A DNA stretch of 64,000 nucleotides from Candidatus Gastranaerophilales bacterium (GTDB taxonomy: Bacteria; Cyanobacteriota; Vampirovibrionia; Gastranaerophilales; Gastranaerophilaceae): the NCBI GenBank assembly GCA_947631645.1, contig CANRMD010000006.1:1080-65079 (forward strand). The letters run 5' to 3'. The notes under the pieces are model-generated. The model was not told where the DNA came from. It made no database searches and saw nothing but the letters and a program-made list of their open reading frames with translations. A program made the translations under genes and the position numbers. This document shows, in pieces, positions 1-10,068 of this stretch. How positions within the stretch are numbered: position 1 is the first letter of the stretch; every line of letters starts with the position of its first letter.

Positions 1-1401
1 TGCTTTATTCATGCTTGTGTCGGGCTTATCGGATTAGGGGCTGCTACATTAATATCGGGTAAATTTAATAAAGATTATGGTATAAAAGCTCAAAATATTT
101 TTGCCAACGGTGATACCATCAAAAATATGTCAACGTTATGGCAAAATTCACAGGGGCAATCAAAACAATATTTTGACGGTTTTGTACAAAGTTTAAAAGG
201 ATTAAACGGAGCTCAATGGCAGAGTGTTTCTGCACAAAGTAAAGATGAAATTGTTGACTCTCTTGTAAATCTTTCTAATAAAATGAAAGAATTATCTTCT
301 GCAGGTAAAGGTTCTAAGAAACAATTAACGCAAGAAGTTAAAGAATTAAAAAATGTAATTATCTCTAAAATTGTGAAAGATACCGGAGCAAAAGCTTCAT
401 TTAAATTAAATATAGGGCAAGAAGGAGTAAAAGAAGTTTCTTCAAGTTTATCGGAACTTGTTGATAATGCTGTATCGCTTTCAAATTCTTTTAAAGGCAA
501 ACCGCTTGATAAAATTCAAAATTTTGCCGGAGCACTTACAAAAAATAAAGTTGCATCTACTTTATTAGGTTTAGGTATATGTGCTGCTTTATGTATGTCA
601 GTCCAACCGATAAACAGATGGCTGACAAAAAAACGTACGGGGCAAGACGGTTTTGTCGGGGTTGAAAATAAGAAAAGCGACAATTCTGATAAATTTAAAA
701 CTTTGAAAAAAGTTTTAGGAATTGCGTTCCCTATTGCAGCAATCAGTTCAATCGGGAAGCCTGTTGATTTAATATCTAATGTTCAATTCAACAGTAAAAT
801 ACCTACAATAAATCAGTTTAAATTTTTATACGGGCTTACAATCGGTTCAAGATTTATGTCGGCAAGAGACAGCAATGAACTAAGAGAAGCCGTAATAAAA
901 GATACTTTAGGGTTTACAAACTGGCTAATATTAGGCGGAATGGTTTCAAAGCTTACCGCACGAGCTATCGGAGGAAAAGAACTGATTAATAATCCCGTTA
1001 CTCAGGACGGAGCTAAAAAGGGTGTTAAATATGCTCTAAATTGGCTGACAAAATCTTCAGTTAAGTCTTTTGATGAAGTACTTTTGCCTAACGCTAAAGA
1101 ACTTATGAAAGACGGTAAAGTGATGAAGTTCTCCGAAATGTTCAAAAATGCCGCACCTGATGTTAAGAAAAAAATATTTAAATTAGCCGGTGCTCAAATT
1201 GCGGGATATTTATATTCCGGTATCGTTTTAGGTATGGGCATTGCAAAACTTAATATATTTATTACAAAACAGGTTCAGGCGAAAAGAGATCTTAAAGAAA
1301 AAATGAAACCTAAAGATGCTCAAAGCTCTTTATCAAAGATTGATTTTGAATATTTTAATAAATTAGATAAACCAAATCCCGTGTTTAAAGATTTTAATTA
1401 A
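1..1401 (+). CDS. Hypothetical membrane protein, 5' end truncated by the window edge
   Basis: Frame 1 is open from base 1 (CFIHACVGLIGLGAATLISGK...) straight into the ORF-track ATG at 127, so the real start probably lies upstream of the window. Hydrophobic segments are present (LLGLGICAALCMSV, IAGYLYSGIVLGMGIA). No family recognised. Confidence 0.5.
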   Translation, partial: CFIHACVGLIGLGAATLISGKFNKDYGIKAQNIFANGDTIKNMSTLWQNSQGQSKQYFDGFVQSLKGLNGAQWQSVSAQSKDEIVDSLVNLSNKMKELSSAGKGSKKQLTQEVKELKNVIISKIVKDTGAKASFKLNIGQEGVKEVSSSLSELVDNAVSLSNSFKGKPLDKIQNFAGALTKNKVASTLLGLGICAALCMSVQPINRWLTKKRTGQDGFVGVENKKSDNSDKFKTLKKVLGIAFPIAAISSIGKPVDLISNVQFNSKIPTINQFKFLYGLTIGSRFMSARDSNELREAVIKDTLGFTNWLILGGMVSKLTARAIGGKELINNPVTQDGAKKGVKYALNWLTKSSVKSFDEVLLPNAKELMKDGKVMKFSEMFKNAAPDVKKKIFKLAGAQIAGYLYSGIVLGMGIAKLNIFITKQVQAKRDLKEKMKPKDAQSSLSKIDFEYFNKLDKPNPVFKDFN

Positions 1402-1418
1402 TTTGTTATAATTCCAAA

Positions 1419-2609
1419 ATGGATATTATTTTAAAAGAAGAATATGAAAAATTTGTTCCGGCGGATTATAAATCTGTTATATCTTGTTGTTCCGATATTG
1501 CTTTGGCAAATGGAATCAATATCTATTTAATTGGCGGAGTTGTAAGAGATTTAATCTTAAATAATATTTTTAAAGATGTTGATATTACAGTTGAATATGA
1601 TGCAATTGAATTTGCAAAATTATTGGAAGCTAAAATAGATTGTAAGATAATTTCAACGCAAGAAAATCTTAGGACTGCAAAAGTTGAATTTGCAAATGGG
1701 GTACAGATAGATTTTGCTTCTACCAGAGAAGAAAAATATTCTTCCGGCGGGGTTTTGCCCGTTGCATATAATTTTGGCTGTGAACTTGAGAAAGATGTTA
1801 AAAGACGGGATTTTACAATTAATACTTTGGCTCTTGGGCTTTTAAATAAAGATAAATATAAGCTTATTGATTATTTTAACGGATACAGTGATTTAAATAA
1901 TAAAAAAATTAAAATTTTACACGCAAAAAGTTTTATTGATGACCCCTCAAGAATAATCAGAGCGTTAAAATTTATGGTAAGATTTGGGTTTGAACTTGAT
2001 ACTTATACAAAAAAATTGATGGAAGAGTATTTATCCGATAATAGTGATTTAATTCCTTTAGAACGAATTAAAAATGAATTATTTCAATATTTTTCTATTC
2101 CAAAGGAAAATTTATATAAGAATATTATTGACTACAAGGTTTATAAATTATTTGGCGATAATCCCATAACTGAATTTGACGAAAAAAAATTAAAAAAATT
2201 TCAAGATTTAAAATTCATTTATTTTACTTTTTTAGTTTTAAATTCAAATTATGAAGATGAGAGATATAATCTTACTTCAAAAGAGAAAAAAATTTTGAAT
2301 GAAATAAAACAACTTTTAACAGAAAATATCAAAAAAGACGATTTTGAAATTTATAAAAAATATAATGAAAAACAAGATTTATCATTAAATATTTATTACT
2401 TAATTACAAATGATACAACAGTTTTAAGGTATCAAAAAATTTTAAAGAATATAAAAGTAGAAATAACGGGAAATGACTTAATTAATTTAGGGTATAAACC
2501 GTCTAAAATTTTTATTCAAATTTTTGATGATATTTTAAGAGAGAAGCTTAAAGGTAAAATAAAAACAAAGGAAGAAGAAATTGAATTTATAAAAAAAATG
2601 AGCAGATAA
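1419..2609 (+). CDS. tRNA nucleotidyltransferase / poly(A) polymerase family protein (CCA-adding-like)
   Basis: Head-domain motifs GGVVRDLIL..DVDITV and RRDFTINTLA are typical of the PolyA_pol/CCA-adding family. Confidence 0.75.
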   Translation: MDIILKEEYEKFVPADYKSVISCCSDIALANGINIYLIGGVVRDLILNNIFKDVDITVEYDAIEFAKLLEAKIDCKIISTQENLRTAKVEFANGVQIDFASTREEKYSSGGVLPVAYNFGCELEKDVKRRDFTINTLALGLLNKDKYKLIDYFNGYSDLNNKKIKILHAKSFIDDPSRIIRALKFMVRFGFELDTYTKKLMEEYLSDNSDLIPLERIKNELFQYFSIPKENLYKNIIDYKVYKLFGDNPITEFDEKKLKKFQDLKFIYFTFLVLNSNYEDERYNLTSKEKKILNEIKQLLTENIKKDDFEIYKKYNEKQDLSLNIYYLITNDTTVLRYQKILKNIKVEITGNDLINLGYKPSKIFIQIFDDILREKLKGKIKTKEEEIEFIKKMSR

Positions 2610-2627
2610 AATATCTGCTCATTTTTA
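2600..2627. terminator. Bidirectional intrinsic terminator between the CCA-like gene and metK
   Basis: Perfect 9-bp stem GAGCAGATA-aaa-TATCTGCTC (2600-2620) followed by ATTTTT. The A-run on the left gives a U-tract for the convergent minus-strand metK. Confidence 0.6.
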
Positions 2628-2633
2628 AATTTA

Positions 2634-3905
2634 TTATGCATTTGCACTGATACACAAAGCTTGTTCTTTAAGAAGTTGAGCTTTGTCTGTATGTTCCCAC
2701 GGAACATCAAAATCAGTTCTTCCCAAGTGTCCGTATGCTGCAAGTCTTTGATAGAATTTACCGCCGTTTTTCTTGGGTAAATTTCTTAAATCGAATTGAT
2801 TAATAATAGCGATAGGTCTTAAATCAAAGTTATCTTGAACAAGTTTCATAATATGGTCGTCAGAAATTTTTCCTGTACCGAAAGTGTCAACGAAGATAGA
2901 AACAGGTTGAGCAACACCGATAGCGTAACCGAGTTCAATTTCGCATTTATCAGCTAAACCTGCTGCAACGATGTTTTTAGCAACGTATCTTGCTGCGTAT
3001 GCTGCACTACGGTCAACCTTAGTCGGGTCTTTGCCTGAGAATGCACCACCGCCATGTCTTGAGTAACCGCCGTAAGTATCAACGATTATTTTTCTGCCAG
3101 TTAACCCTGCATCACCTTGCGGTCCGCCTATTACAAATCTTCCTGACGGATTGATTAAATATTTTGTTGTGCTGTCCGGTTTTAATTGTTCTCTTTCAAA
3201 TACATAATCTATAACATATTTAATCATGTCATTTTTAATTGTTTCTTGAATAATCTTATTATCGGATGTACCGTTAATTACGTCATCATGTTGGGTTGAA
3301 ATAACAATAGTATCAATTCTTACGGGTTTATCATTTTCATATTCAACGGTAACTTGAGATTTGCCGTCAGGACGAAGGTAGTTTAAAATTCCTTGTTTTC
3401 TGACTTGAGCAAGTCTGTAAGAAAGTTTGTGAGCCAAGCTTATAGGCAGAGGCATTAATTCGGGTGTTTCATTGCAAGCAAACCCAAACATAATTCCCTG
3501 ATCGCCAGCACCGATATTATTTGTTTCATCGCTTGATACTGAAGCATTATTATCTCTGGCTTCAAAAGCTTTATTTACACCGCCTGCAATATCGGTTGAT
3601 TGTTCATCTATACTTGTTATAACGGCACATGTTTTGCTGTCAAAACCGCCTGATGATTTACCTGTATATCCGATATTTTCTATTGTTGTTCTTACTATGT
3701 GCGGTATATCTACATAGCAAGAAGATGTTATTTCACCCGTTACAAGAACCATACCTGTAGTAACAGATGTTTCTGCAGCTACTCTTGATTTTGAATCTTG
3801 GGTTAGAAATTCATCTAAAATGGCATCTGATATCTGGTCGCAAACTTTGTCGGGATGACCTTCCGTTACAGATTCAGATGTAAATAAGTATTTTTTTGAA
3901 CTCAT
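2634..3905 (-). CDS. metK: S-adenosylmethionine synthetase
   Basis: N-terminal [21 protein letters not shown], plus [12 protein letters not shown] and [19 protein letters not shown] signatures over the full length. Confidence 0.97.
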   Translation of the reverse strand: MSSKKYLFTSESVTEGHPDKVCDQISDAILDEFLTQDSKSRVAAETSVTTGMVLVTGEITSSCYVDIPHIVRTTIENIGYTGKSSGGFDSKTCAVITSIDEQSTDIAGGVNKAFEARDNNASVSSDETNNIGAGDQGIMFGFACNETPELMPLPISLAHKLSYRLAQVRKQGILNYLRPDGKSQVTVEYENDKPVRIDTIVISTQHDDVINGTSDNKIIQETIKNDMIKYVIDYVFEREQLKPDSTTKYLINPSGRFVIGGPQGDAGLTGRKIIVDTYGGYSRHGGGAFSGKDPTKVDRSAAYAARYVAKNIVAAGLADKCEIELGYAIGVAQPVSIFVDTFGTGKISDDHIMKLVQDNFDLRPIAIINQFDLRNLPKKNGGKFYQRLAAYGHLGRTDFDVPWEHTDKAQLLKEQALCISANA

Positions 3906-3990
3906 ATTCGGCTCTCTTTCATGACCTTTTATGTACTACTTTTGTTAATTTTACTTTTAAAAAAATTTCAAGTCAAATAAAATAGCAATA

Positions 3991-4016
3991 AAAAACCGCA
4001 TTATTGCGGTTTTTTA
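3991..4016 (-). terminator. Intrinsic terminator downstream of rpsO
   Basis: AAAAACCGCA-ttat-TGCGGTTTTT hairpin. On the minus strand it is followed by TTTTTTATTG, 26 nt after the rpsO stop. Confidence 0.7.
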
Positions 4017-4041
4017 ACTTTTTTATAATCAATTAATTTAC

Positions 4042-4317
4042 TTATTTTGTTTCTCTTATTTTTAAAGTTTTAATTAATTTTCTGTAATCGTCAAGATTTC
4101 TGTCTTTTAAGTATGAAAGAAGTCTTTTTCTTCTTCCTACCATCATTAAAAGACCGCGTCTGCCTTGGAAATCTTTAGGATTAGATTTTAAGTGTTCGGT
4201 TAATTCAGAAATTTTTTCTGTCAATAAAGCGATTTGGGTTTCAACGCTTCCTGTATCTTGTGCATTTTTACCGTATTTTTCAACGATTTTTGCTTTGTTT
4301 TTTAAGTTTATTGCCAT
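4042..4317 (-). CDS. rpsO: 30S ribosomal protein S15
   Basis: [70 protein letters not shown] is a full-length S15. The ATG at 4317 is preceded by GGAAAAG. The 52-aa N-terminal extension in the ORF track (to 4473) is not S15-like. Confidence 0.95.
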   Translation of the reverse strand: MAINLKNKAKIVEKYGKNAQDTGSVETQIALLTEKISELTEHLKSNPKDFQGRRGLLMMVGRRKRLLSYLKDRNLDDYRKLIKTLKIRETK

Positions 4318-4425
4318 TCTCTTTTCCTTTTTTATATTTTGTGACTTGGTGGTGGGTAAGTCTTGAGTATTATCATAATAAGAAGAAAATAATATTTCAA
4401 GCCCGTAAGTAATTTTTCTTAAAAA

Positions 4426-4454
4426 TTGACAACAATTTTTGAATTTAATAATAT
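4426..4454 (+). promoter_or_regulatory. Consensus-like sigma-70 promoter (TTGACA-17-TAATAT) immediately upstream of the B12 radical SAM gene
   Basis: TTGACA at 4426-4431, a 17-nt spacer, and TAATAT at 4449-4454. The ATG at 4461 lies 6 nt after the -10 box, and no SD lies in between. Confidence 0.45.
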
Positions 4455-4460
4455 TTGAAT

Positions 4461-5903
4461 ATGAAAAAAGCAATGCTTATATATCCGCCTACCGGCAAGT
4501 TTTTTCAACGGGGAGAGGACAGGTGTCAAATAGATGTCGGTTCTTCAAGCGTTAATTCACTTAGAGCCTGCAATGATTTGGGTTATGTTTCAGCTATTTT
4601 AAAAAAAGACGGATTTGACATATTTTTAAAAGATTATCAAGCTTTAAAACTTTCTTTAAATAATCTTTTGAATGATATAAGAACTAAAAATCCTGATATT
4701 GTTTTTATAAGTACGACAAATGGAAGTATTTTTGATGATTTAAAAGTAATTTCCGAAATTAAGAAAATAAAAAATGATATAACGACTATTTTAAAAGGTG
4801 CAATATTCTTTAATCCTAATGAAAAACTTTTTGAACATATTGACTTATCTCAAGTTGATTATTTAATAGGCGGTGAGGTCGAATTTATAATCAGTGAATT
4901 ATTAAAAGCTCATTATACCGATAAGAATTTATTAAAAAATATTGAAGGGATATCTTATAAAGAAAATAATAAATGGGTAACAAATAACTTATATCATTTT
5001 CAAGAAGATATTGATTCACTTCCGTTTCCTGACAGAAGTTTAATGCAAAATGAGCTGTACATTAATCCTATGACAAATAAACCTATGGCTCTAATTACAA
5101 CTTCAAAAGGATGTTGTTTTAGCTGCAGATATTGTTTATCTCCTGTTTTATCCGGAAAAAAAGTCAGAACCCGTTCTTCAAACAGCATATTTAATGAAAT
5201 AAAAGACTGTGTAGAAAATCATAATATTACAAATTTCTTTTTAAAATCTGATACATTTACGGTTAATAAACAAAATGTCCTAGAATTATGTACTCTGCTA
5301 ATAAATTCAAAAATAAATGAGAAAATAGAATGGGTAGCTACAACGAGAGTTGATACAACAGATGAAGAAATGTTGAAAATAATGAAACAAGCGGGGTTGA
5401 AATTGCTTGCTATAGGTTTTGAATCCGGTTCACAAGAATCTTTAGATAAGATGCAAAAAAATACCACCATTGAAAAAAATCTTGAAACTGCTAAACTTTG
5501 TAAAAAATTTAATATTAATATTTTAGGTTATTTTTTAATAGGTTTTCCTTGGGAAGATAAATCACATCTTGAAGCTACAAAAAAACATATTCTTGAAATT
5601 GATGCGGATTATATTGAAATATCAGTTGTTGTGCCTTATATCGGAACTCCTATTTATGAAGATTTTATATGCAATAAAGAACAAATGCCTGATATACTCG
5701 GGTTTGATGCTTATAATCATATTTACGAAAAATATGCAAAAATATCTCCAAAATATATGCAAAAGTATAGAAAACATATACTTTTAAAGTATTATACACG
5801 TCCAAAATATATTATAAGTAAATTAAGAGAAATAAAATCTTTACCCGTACTGAAAAATTATATCCAATACGGGTTAAGACTTTTAAAAAATACACTTTCT
5901 TAG
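4461..5903 (+). CDS. B12-binding-domain radical SAM protein (class B)
   Basis: The N-terminal Rossmann-like B12-binding region (LIYPPTG...[19 protein letters not shown]) is followed by the CFSCRYC (CX3CX2C) radical SAM motif. ATG 4461 is preferred over the in-frame TTG at 4455. Confidence 0.8.
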   Translation: MKKAMLIYPPTGKFFQRGEDRCQIDVGSSSVNSLRACNDLGYVSAILKKDGFDIFLKDYQALKLSLNNLLNDIRTKNPDIVFISTTNGSIFDDLKVISEIKKIKNDITTILKGAIFFNPNEKLFEHIDLSQVDYLIGGEVEFIISELLKAHYTDKNLLKNIEGISYKENNKWVTNNLYHFQEDIDSLPFPDRSLMQNELYINPMTNKPMALITTSKGCCFSCRYCLSPVLSGKKVRTRSSNSIFNEIKDCVENHNITNFFLKSDTFTVNKQNVLELCTLLINSKINEKIEWVATTRVDTTDEEMLKIMKQAGLKLLAIGFESGSQESLDKMQKNTTIEKNLETAKLCKKFNINILGYFLIGFPWEDKSHLEATKKHILEIDADYIEISVVVPYIGTPIYEDFICNKEQMPDILGFDAYNHIYEKYAKISPKYMQKYRKHILLKYYTRPKYIISKLREIKSLPVLKNYIQYGLRLLKNTLS

Positions 5904-7132
5904 TTGTTAAATACTTTGAAAAATTCTTTTAGAAATTCATAACCTTTAAGGTATGTTTTATAATTAATCTGTTCATCGCTTGAGTGCATGTTAAATACGT
6001 CAGCCATGCCGATAAGAACGGGTTTTAAAGTCTTGCCGTATTTATTTTTATTGTTTGCGTAAATATGAGTTTCTGCTCCTGCGTGGAATGATGAAATATC
6101 CAGAGGAAGATTTAAATTTTCGCCTGCTTTTTTTGCGGTATTTACAAGTGTTTCATCGTCGCTTTTTTCAAAAGGAGGCAAATGTTCCGAAGTTTCAACC
6201 TCTGCAAGTGCCAATCCTTTGTATTTCTCATTAAATTTATTAACAATATTTTTTATTTCATTTATTAAATTATTTTCATATTCTCTGCTTGAGCTTCTTA
6301 TTGAATATGCTGCCCCGGCTTTTGTATTAATAATATTAGTTACTGCTTTATCTAAAACTGTTTCAAGATATTTATTGCTTGTTGTAGTTGAATTTTTAAT
6401 GTTATCTATTGCGGTTTCAATACCTCCTCCGATTATTACGCCAAGATTAATTGAAGTAATAACACCTAACTCATCTTTTTTATAAACTCCCTGAGGAATT
6501 TCACTGACAAGTTCAGCTACAAGTTTAGCTGCGTTCAATCTTGTTTTATCATCAATATCAATACCCGAGTGACCGCCTTTTAAACCTTTTACATTAATAA
6601 CAAGTTTAGTATAGCTTGCACCTGCTATTTGTACCTGACCTAATTTGTCTGCATCAAGAACAAGAATGTGTTCGGCTTCTATTTCATTCATTTTAACGTT
6701 ATGAATACCCGTCATATTTTGTTCTTCATCACGGGTAAAAATTATTTCAAGTCCGCCATGTTTTAAGTCTTTATTTTGAGCTAATTCTATAGCAAGTAAA
6801 ATGGCAGCCGCAACACCGGCTTTATCGTCGGCACCTAAAGTTCTTGTTTTATCAGTTTCAATAATATCTCCGTTTAATTTTATATTAACGGAGCTGTCAT
6901 CGCCTACTACATCCATATGTGAACTTAATAACAAAGGTTTTTTAGAAGGGTCTGTCGCTTTAACTTTTGCTCTAATATTTCCGTAGTCATCTCTTTTTGC
7001 TTCTATATTATTTTCTTTAAAAATTGAAAGTATTTTTTCAATAACTTTATCTTCTTTTAAAGAGGGGGACGGAATTAAAGCTAAAGTACAAAATAAATCA
7101 ATAAGTTTATATTCTTTTCGTAATGTTTCCAT
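5900..7132 (-). CDS. M20 family metallopeptidase (PepT/PepD-like)
   Basis: SSHMDVV, LGADDKAGVAAAILLA and TRDEE metal-ligand motifs. AAGGAG RBS upstream of the ATG. Confidence 0.8.
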   Translation of the reverse strand: METLRKEYKLIDLFCTLALIPSPSLKEDKVIEKILSIFKENNIEAKRDDYGNIRAKVKATDPSKKPLLLSSHMDVVGDDSSVNIKLNGDIIETDKTRTLGADDKAGVAAAILLAIELAQNKDLKHGGLEIIFTRDEEQNMTGIHNVKMNEIEAEHILVLDADKLGQVQIAGASYTKLVINVKGLKGGHSGIDIDDKTRLNAAKLVAELVSEIPQGVYKKDELGVITSINLGVIIGGGIETAIDNIKNSTTTSNKYLETVLDKAVTNIINTKAGAAYSIRSSSREYENNLINEIKNIVNKFNEKYKGLALAEVETSEHLPPFEKSDDETLVNTAKKAGENLNLPLDISSFHAGAETHIYANNKNKYGKTLKPVLIGMADVFNMHSSDEQINYKTYLKGYEFLKEFFKVFNN

Positions 7133-7216
7133 TTTTTACTCCTTTTTAGAATAATTATAGATTATTTTTTATTAATAGTATATAATATATATGTTAAAAA
7201 GGTGTAAGGAAGTTAT

Positions 7217-7405
7217 ATGGCTAAAGTTTTATTATCAATACCCGATAAGTTTTTGACCCAAATAGATGAAGTGGCGGAAAACGAGCAGAGAACCAGAAGC
7301 GAATTAATTCGTGAAGCTTTACGAAATTACATCAAAAGAAATAGCATATTTGACATGAAAAAAACTGCATCTGACGCTGAGTTTTTAGAAAAATTGTTGG
7401 ATTAG
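7217..7405 (+). CDS. Ribbon-helix-helix (CopG/Arc/MetJ-type) DNA-binding protein
   Basis: A beta-strand (VLLSIPDKF) followed by helices (RTRSELIREALRNYI) is typical of RHH. AAGGAAG RBS. Confidence 0.65.
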   Translation: MAKVLLSIPDKFLTQIDEVAENEQRTRSELIREALRNYIKRNSIFDMKKTASDAEFLEKLLD

Positions 7406-7536
7406 AATTTAAAAAAATATTTAAATTATAAGGCTTAGAGGGTATATACACCCTTGCGGTTGAAATTTTATATTGACGTAATAAAATAAATTATAACAAA
7501 CTTCAAAGCGTGATAAATAAGATAAAGAGGATTTAC

Positions 7537-8148
7537 ATGGCTCGAAAAGTATTGATAATAATTGCGGCAGTATGTTTTTTATTTATGAATTTCCCGCAAG
7601 TAACAAAGGCAGAAGTTGTACCTACAATAGCAGTAAAAAAACTGATTGTTAAACATGCGAAAGAAATAGGTATAGATCCTGCAATAGCATTAAGTATTGC
7701 AAAGGCCGAATCGGGTTTTTGTCAGAGTAAAAAAAGCAGAGGCGGAGCTGTAGGTGTGTTTCAATTAATGCCAAACACCGCCAAAAGAATGGGATATAAT
7801 CCGTATAGTATCCATGATAACATCAGAGCAGGTATTACATATTACAAAAAAATGTATAAAATGTTCGGTTCAATGGAATTAGCACTTGCCGCATACAATG
7901 CGGGCCCCGGGAATGTTAAAAAATATAACGGAATACCGCCGTTTAAAGAAACTCAAAAATTTATTTCTTCAATAAAAACAAGTTATAATCACTTTAAGAA
8001 AAGCCCTGAATCTTCTTTAGAAACTTACAAAGGGATTAAAGATATTAATTATATTATGAAAGAAGAAGATGAAGAAATAGCATTAAATGATTTCAGAATG
8101 CAGCAAGATGCAATATTAAAAGAATTTTTGTCAATTCAAGGAATTTAA
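7537..8148 (+). CDS. Lytic transglycosylase (SLT domain), secreted or membrane-anchored
   Basis: Catalytic AESGF, GVFQLMP and AAYNAGPGNV motifs, with an N-terminal hydrophobic signal (VLIIIAAVCFLFMNF). ATG 7537 has an AGAGGA RBS. The upstream GTG 7510 is less likely. Confidence 0.85.
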   Translation: MARKVLIIIAAVCFLFMNFPQVTKAEVVPTIAVKKLIVKHAKEIGIDPAIALSIAKAESGFCQSKKSRGGAVGVFQLMPNTAKRMGYNPYSIHDNIRAGITYYKKMYKMFGSMELALAAYNAGPGNVKKYNGIPPFKETQKFISSIKTSYNHFKKSPESSLETYKGIKDINYIMKEEDEEIALNDFRMQQDAILKEFLSIQGI

Positions 8149-8160
8149 GAGAGTAGAAGC

Positions 8161-8841
8161 ATGTTTCAAGAGATAAAAACCCACGAAATAACAACCGACG
8201 TAGTTATATTTACAATTAAAGAAAATAAATTACAAGTTTTGTTGGTTAAACGTGCTAATGAACCGTTTAAAGGAAGATGGGCGATACCGGGAGGTTTTAT
8301 AAGATTATCCGAGAACCTTGATGCTGCTGCACTTAGAATATTAAAAGAAAAAACAAACGTTGATAATATTTATCTCGAACAGCTATATACTTTCGGTGAT
8401 CCGCTTCGTTACCCCGGCTCAAGGGTTATAACGTGTGCATATTTTGCTTTAATAAGAAGTGATGATATAAAATTATCCGTTGATAATTCACAAGGGATTA
8501 CGGAAGTTCAATGGCATGAAGTTTATAATCTGCCGACTTTAGCTTATGACCATAAAGAAATTATAGAATATTCAATAAAAAGAATGCGGGAACGTTTAGA
8601 GTTTTGTCCAATTGCTTTTCAGCTTCTGCCTGAAAAGTTTACTCTGACCGAACTTCAAAAATCTTATGAATTAATATTAGATATGAAGCTTGATAAACGT
8701 AATTTCCGTAAAAAAGTTTTAACCGGTGCAATTTTGAAAGAATTAAACGAATATACCAAAATAGGTTCAAAACGTCCTGCCAGATTGTATTCTTTTGATA
8801 ATATTACTTTGAACTCAAAAAGAGGTCACTTTTTCTCTTAA
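8161..8841 (+). CDS. NrtR-like Nudix-fold protein with C-terminal winged-helix domain
   Basis: Nudix box region GGFIRLSENLDAAALRILKEKTNV has correct spacing but lacks two catalytic Glu (REUxEE becomes RILKEK). The C-terminal ~90 aa resemble the NrtR wHTH. Confidence 0.6.
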   Translation: MFQEIKTHEITTDVVIFTIKENKLQVLLVKRANEPFKGRWAIPGGFIRLSENLDAAALRILKEKTNVDNIYLEQLYTFGDPLRYPGSRVITCAYFALIRSDDIKLSVDNSQGITEVQWHEVYNLPTLAYDHKEIIEYSIKRMRERLEFCPIAFQLLPEKFTLTELQKSYELILDMKLDKRNFRKKVLTGAILKELNEYTKIGSKRPARLYSFDNITLNSKRGHFFS

Positions 8842-9816
8842 TCATTGATTTAATAAAGGTTTTATAAGTTCTCCTACGGCATAATATTCAATATGAAGAT
8901 CAAGCTTTTTGGCTTCTTGTTCAAAATATTGATAAAATTCTATTATCGGATGATTTTTATCAATTTTATTTTTATTATATGTATACCAGTGTGATTCAAT
9001 ATCCATAATAACAGAATTAACATTTGATTCTTTGCTTAAAATAAGCCAATTTTTAATTTGTTCTTTAAATGCATTTGTATATACGCCGAATTCATACGGA
9101 AGAAGTATATATTTTGTTGCAACTCCGTATTTATTATTTTTTTGAGCTTTTGCGTATTTTTTTATATTTTTCCAAACCTCGTTAAATTTATCAACTCTTT
9201 TAATAATTCTGTATGTATTTGTATTAGAACTGTCAGGTGAGATTGTTAATCTTGTATTTTCTTGAGATATGTATTTTTCAATGCTCTTGGAGAATTTGAT
9301 TCCTGAAGAATTAATTTGCACACTTGCAATATTATTTTTATAAAAAAAATCCATAATTTTATCAAATTCTTTTAACAGTGTAGGTTCTCCGCCGCCAAAA
9401 CTTAATCTTCCGTCAAACCTTAAAATATTTTTTTCTTTCATATCTTTAAGAATGGGCATAAAATTATAAGGTTTTATTTTGGGTTTTTTATCTAAATCAC
9501 AATATATACAATTTGAATTGCAATGAGTCCAGTGAGATATTATTATAAAATTAATATAAGGTTCCCAATCATCCCAATCTTTTTCTTGATAATACTGACA
9601 GGTTTTACAAAAAATACTCGGGTTTCCTTCTTTCATATTTTGAAGTTGAGTTTTTCTTTCCCGCATTAGTAAATCCCAGTCTAAAGCTTCCCCGTTATAA
9701 GGCTCTTTAATTTTATAAAACTCTAAAAATCTTATGCCGGAATGACAACAATAATCTATTTGATTTGTCCAAAACATTATCGCATGTCTTAAAAATTCAC
9801 AACTTTTGTATTTCAT
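8842..9816 (-). CDS. Radical SAM protein with N-terminal Cys-rich domain (paralog A)
   Basis: CNSNCIYC (CX3CX2C), GGGEPTLL, and N-terminal C6-x16-C23C24H plus CKTC. Clear paralog of 13871-14872. Confidence 0.75.
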   Translation of the reverse strand: MKYKSCEFLRHAIMFWTNQIDYCCHSGIRFLEFYKIKEPYNGEALDWDLLMRERKTQLQNMKEGNPSIFCKTCQYYQEKDWDDWEPYINFIIISHWTHCNSNCIYCDLDKKPKIKPYNFMPILKDMKEKNILRFDGRLSFGGGEPTLLKEFDKIMDFFYKNNIASVQINSSGIKFSKSIEKYISQENTRLTISPDSSNTNTYRIIKRVDKFNEVWKNIKKYAKAQKNNKYGVATKYILLPYEFGVYTNAFKEQIKNWLILSKESNVNSVIMDIESHWYTYNKNKIDKNHPIIEFYQYFEQEAKKLDLHIEYYAVGELIKPLLNQ

Positions 9817-10068
9817 TTTATTCTTAGTTAAAAATTTAACCTTTTATTATAATACTTATTTTATTTTATATTATTTTATTGAAAAAATTAAGTAGAATTA
9901 AATATATAATGTAAAAATTATTTAGTGTAAAAAATGAATTTGTAAAAGTTTATTTATATTTTAAGATTTTACTTAAAATTTGTGATAAATTTGATATGTA
10001 GATAAGAGATTAGATAATAATAATCCCTAAAACAGTTTAATGATTTAGAGTCAAGGAGATTTATAGGT

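Noticed and set aside
3906-3990. SAM riboswitch expected upstream of metK
   Set aside because: The leader is only ~85 nt, is almost entirely A/T, and has no four-way-junction-capable GC helices. No riboswitch is supported.
4318-4473. 52-aa N-terminal extension of the rpsO ORF (143-aa version)
   Set aside because: S15 is ~89 aa. The internal ATG at 4317 has its own RBS and gives a full-length S15. The extension overlaps the divergent promoter and start of the radical SAM gene.
7217-7405. RHH protein as the antitoxin of a type II toxin-antitoxin pair
   Set aside because: No small toxin ORF overlaps or follows it. The next gene starts more than 130 nt away and is a secreted lytic transglycosylase.
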